DNA from: Vicugna vicugna
Lineage: Eukaryota
NCBI GenBank assembly: GCA_013265495.1
Contig: MU061578.1
Coordinates: 3,791,308 to 3,855,307, forward strand
DNA length: 64,000 nucleotides
Direction: 5' to 3'
Shown: piece after piece, positions 61,561 through 64,000 of the stretch
How the letters are laid out: every line of letters starts with the position of its first letter
Numbering within the stretch: position 1 is the first letter of the stretch
The notes under the pieces: model-generated
The model's database searches: none
Told to the model about the DNA's origin: nothing
The model's input: only the letters and a program-made list of their open reading frames with translations
Program-made: the position numbers and the translations under genes

Positions 61561-64000
61561 TTCATCTCCCACCCTCCCTGGTATCCCGAGTGGGAGCTGC
61601 ACTCAGGCAGTGTGTGTGGGTCCTGCCAGGAGCCTTCGGAGTTCCATGTGGAGCTGGCGGTCCACAGAGGCCCTGCCGGCCAGCTCTGCCATCACTGTCC
61701 TGCCTGCTCCTTTCAGGTTGCTCAGGGGAGCCCGGGTGGGGCCCATGAACGGGTGTGTAGGAACAAAAGTGGGTGCTGTTGTGGGTCCACAGCCCTGGGT
61801 TTGGGGTGTGTACCACTGGCCTTTCTTTGGGGTCCCTGCCAGCATGAGGCTGGTCAGGGGAACCCTTCTCATTAGTGGCATGTCTCCAGTAAAAACGCAG
61901 CTCCTTGTTCAGATGCTGGCGAGGGAGGAGACTTGTGAGTCTGTTACCGTGACAACTGTAGGAGATGGGAGTCACCAATGTGGGGCAGAGCAAGAGGCCC
62001 GTGGACTCCAACTTCCCTGGTGAGCAAGGGGCTAAGTTTGTCCCCTCCAGGTGGGTGGGGAGCCCAAGAGGTGGAGACCCTTCCCCAGGCCTCACTTGTG
62101 CCCACAGCCCACATGGACCACAGGGCCTGGCCTTCCTGACACCTCACTTTCATAATGGTACCAACAATGCACGGCTACACTGTGCAGAAGACTCTTCCCA
62201 CATCCCTTCTGCCCCCTACCTGGGCCTTATCTCCCCACCACCCTGCAGTGGGCCACGTTCTCCCGGGGGGCGAGTTCTTCTAGACCTTGGCCGTGCATTG
62301 ATGCACATGTAGAGAAGTACACTGCTGTGCTTGTGGCTTGCTTTGTAACTGGGGTCCCCCATTCTCCACCTTGGGCTATTTCCACTCCACGACCCAGGAC
62401 ATGGTTGTGCTAATACAGACCTTCACAGCAGCTGCACAGCTCCGCGGCCTCACAGAACCCACTGATTGAGACATTCGACGTGTTGGTCTCATGTTCGCAG
62501 ATGCTGCTGCCTGGCATGTAGGGCCTCCCTGCACCTGGGCTATAGACTTAAGGGTCGCTGGGCCCGTGGCCTCAATGGGTCCTGGACCTAGTGGCTGTGT
62601 GGACAGAGGGGTGGGTTCTGGAGGGTAGGCTGCCCTGAGAGGGAGCTGGTTCCGAGAGTCTCCTGTGCCACCCACTGAGCCCTGCTGCGGCCAGCTCAGT
62701 CTGCGTGGTATCGGGTCCCTGGGGCTGTGGTTCTGCCTCAGCTGTGTCCTCAGTGCATGGGACACAGCCTGTGCCCCCTGTTCAGTGGTTCGGGTTGTTC
62801 TTCCAAAGGATGAGCTGGGCTCCCTCCCCCATGAATAAACATGCGCTTTTCTCCTCCAGCAAATTGGAGGAGCAAGGTTGAGTGCTCCTGGAGATGAAGC
62901 CTGGGGGCGAGGCAGCGTGGGCGTGCAGGCTGGAGGTGCACAGGCTGCTCCCACCCCCACCCCCAGCACAGAGCAGTAGGGAAGGGGCGACCCTAGGGCA
63001 GGGAGGGATTCTCCCACTCGCCCCACCCCCACCCCGGGAGAGGGGAGGGCCAGGGTCTCAGCAGCCCTTAGGCTGTGTGTCTGGGGGCAAGTTCAGCACA
63101 GTGCGTGTGTAGCCCCTGGACCAACCCAGCATCCCCTCTTCAAGCTCATACTCACTCCTTCCTGCCTGTCAGGGTGGCTCGTCCACACCACGCAGGAGGG
63201 CCCGATGCTGCATGTCGAGTTGGGGTTGGAGACCCAGCCATCCCCGGCTCTGTACCCCTGCAAGGCAGCCCCTAAGGGCCTCCCGTGGGGGTCCAGCTTG
63301 TCCTTGCCTGTCTACAAGGGATTGAAATCACCTAGGGCCACCTCTTTTGTCTGTGTGTTTCAGGCTAGGAGGCCCTGACAGTGGGGAGGAGGACAGGGTT
63401 TGGAGGTCTGCTGTGGGTACAGAACGGACAGCAGGGAGATGGAGGAGGCTGCTGTGGTGGTCCCAGCGCAGGGGCGCTACACCTGTTGTTTTGGATTCGG
63501 CCTAAGGGAGCGAAGCTGGCTGAGCAGATTGCGCTGGGCCGTCAGTGGTAGCAAGGGCTGAGGGGGACCGACCAGCTGGGGCCCTCTCATTCTCCTGAGA
63601 GCTTTGCGTATCTGTTCCTGAGATCTCCTGAAGGCCGCTTGGGGAGCACTGCCTGTGGGATCAGGGGTTTATCCCCACACAACCCTGCACAGGGCCACTG
63701 CGACCACAGGGTCCTGACTGCAGCCACACCTCTCCCTGCAGCCCTTGAGCCACTGTGTTCTCTGTTGTTTTTTGGCTCTGGAACTGGGAGCCATGTCTCA
63801 TGGTGAGGGAAGCCCAGCTCCGTGTCTGTCCCCTGGTGAAAGCATCTCTCCCATCCTGACCTTGTCCCACAGATTCCCCCCAGCATCCCCAGCATCCTCA
63901 GCATGGAGACAACATGACATCCCCTCCCTCCGTGTGTCCAGGGCCAGTGGGTGAGATGACATTTGTCAGGATGAGGGGCGAGATGGGGGATTTGGAGCCT

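Larger units (their letters stand above)
31887..64000 (+). other. CACNA1H: CACNA1H intron 2, U12-type AT-AC intron (3' end outside window)
   Basis: Exon ends ...TGCAACCC|ATATCCTTC, the U11-pairing donor consensus, where Cav3 homology (CNP|W) breaks. No WFEHVSM-coding exon 3 seen in the window. Confidence 0.92.

Noticed and set aside
31887-64000. REST/RE1 site known for rodent Cacna1h intron 2
   Set aside because: Only half-sites seen (e.g. TTCAGCACC near 43369); no full 21-mer found by eye. It probably lies beyond the window.

Overview
GC-rich eutherian mammal genomic DNA (not human or rodent by protein sequence; no young lineage-specific SINEs seen). It holds the 5' end of CACNA1H (T-type calcium channel Cav3.2) on the + strand: ~30 kb of upstream DNA, a CpG-island promoter (~30550-32450), non-coding exon 1 (ends 31284), a 285-nt GT-AG intron, and exon 2 (31570-31886; ATG at 31588). 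Intron 2 starts with the minor-spliceosome AT-AC donor ATATCCTT and runs off the window, so exon 3 is not here. The rest is ancient repeats (eight MLT1 solo LTRs, L1M, L2, MIR, MER3, MER58, Charlie1) and small tandem duplications. Almost all ORFs in the track are GC-composition artefacts. Best leads: (1) an exact second copy of the U12 donor, directly preceded by AC, 22 kb into the same intron (possible minor-spliceosome recursive site); (2) a spliced uORF whose stop overlaps the Cav3.2 start codon (ATGA), preceded by a 5'UTR G-quadruplex; (3) three perfect and several near-perfect RFX X-box palindromes; (4) an intron read-through/polyadenylation route to a 108-aa N-terminal peptide. Repeat family names and boundaries are from recall of consensus sequences and are approximate.
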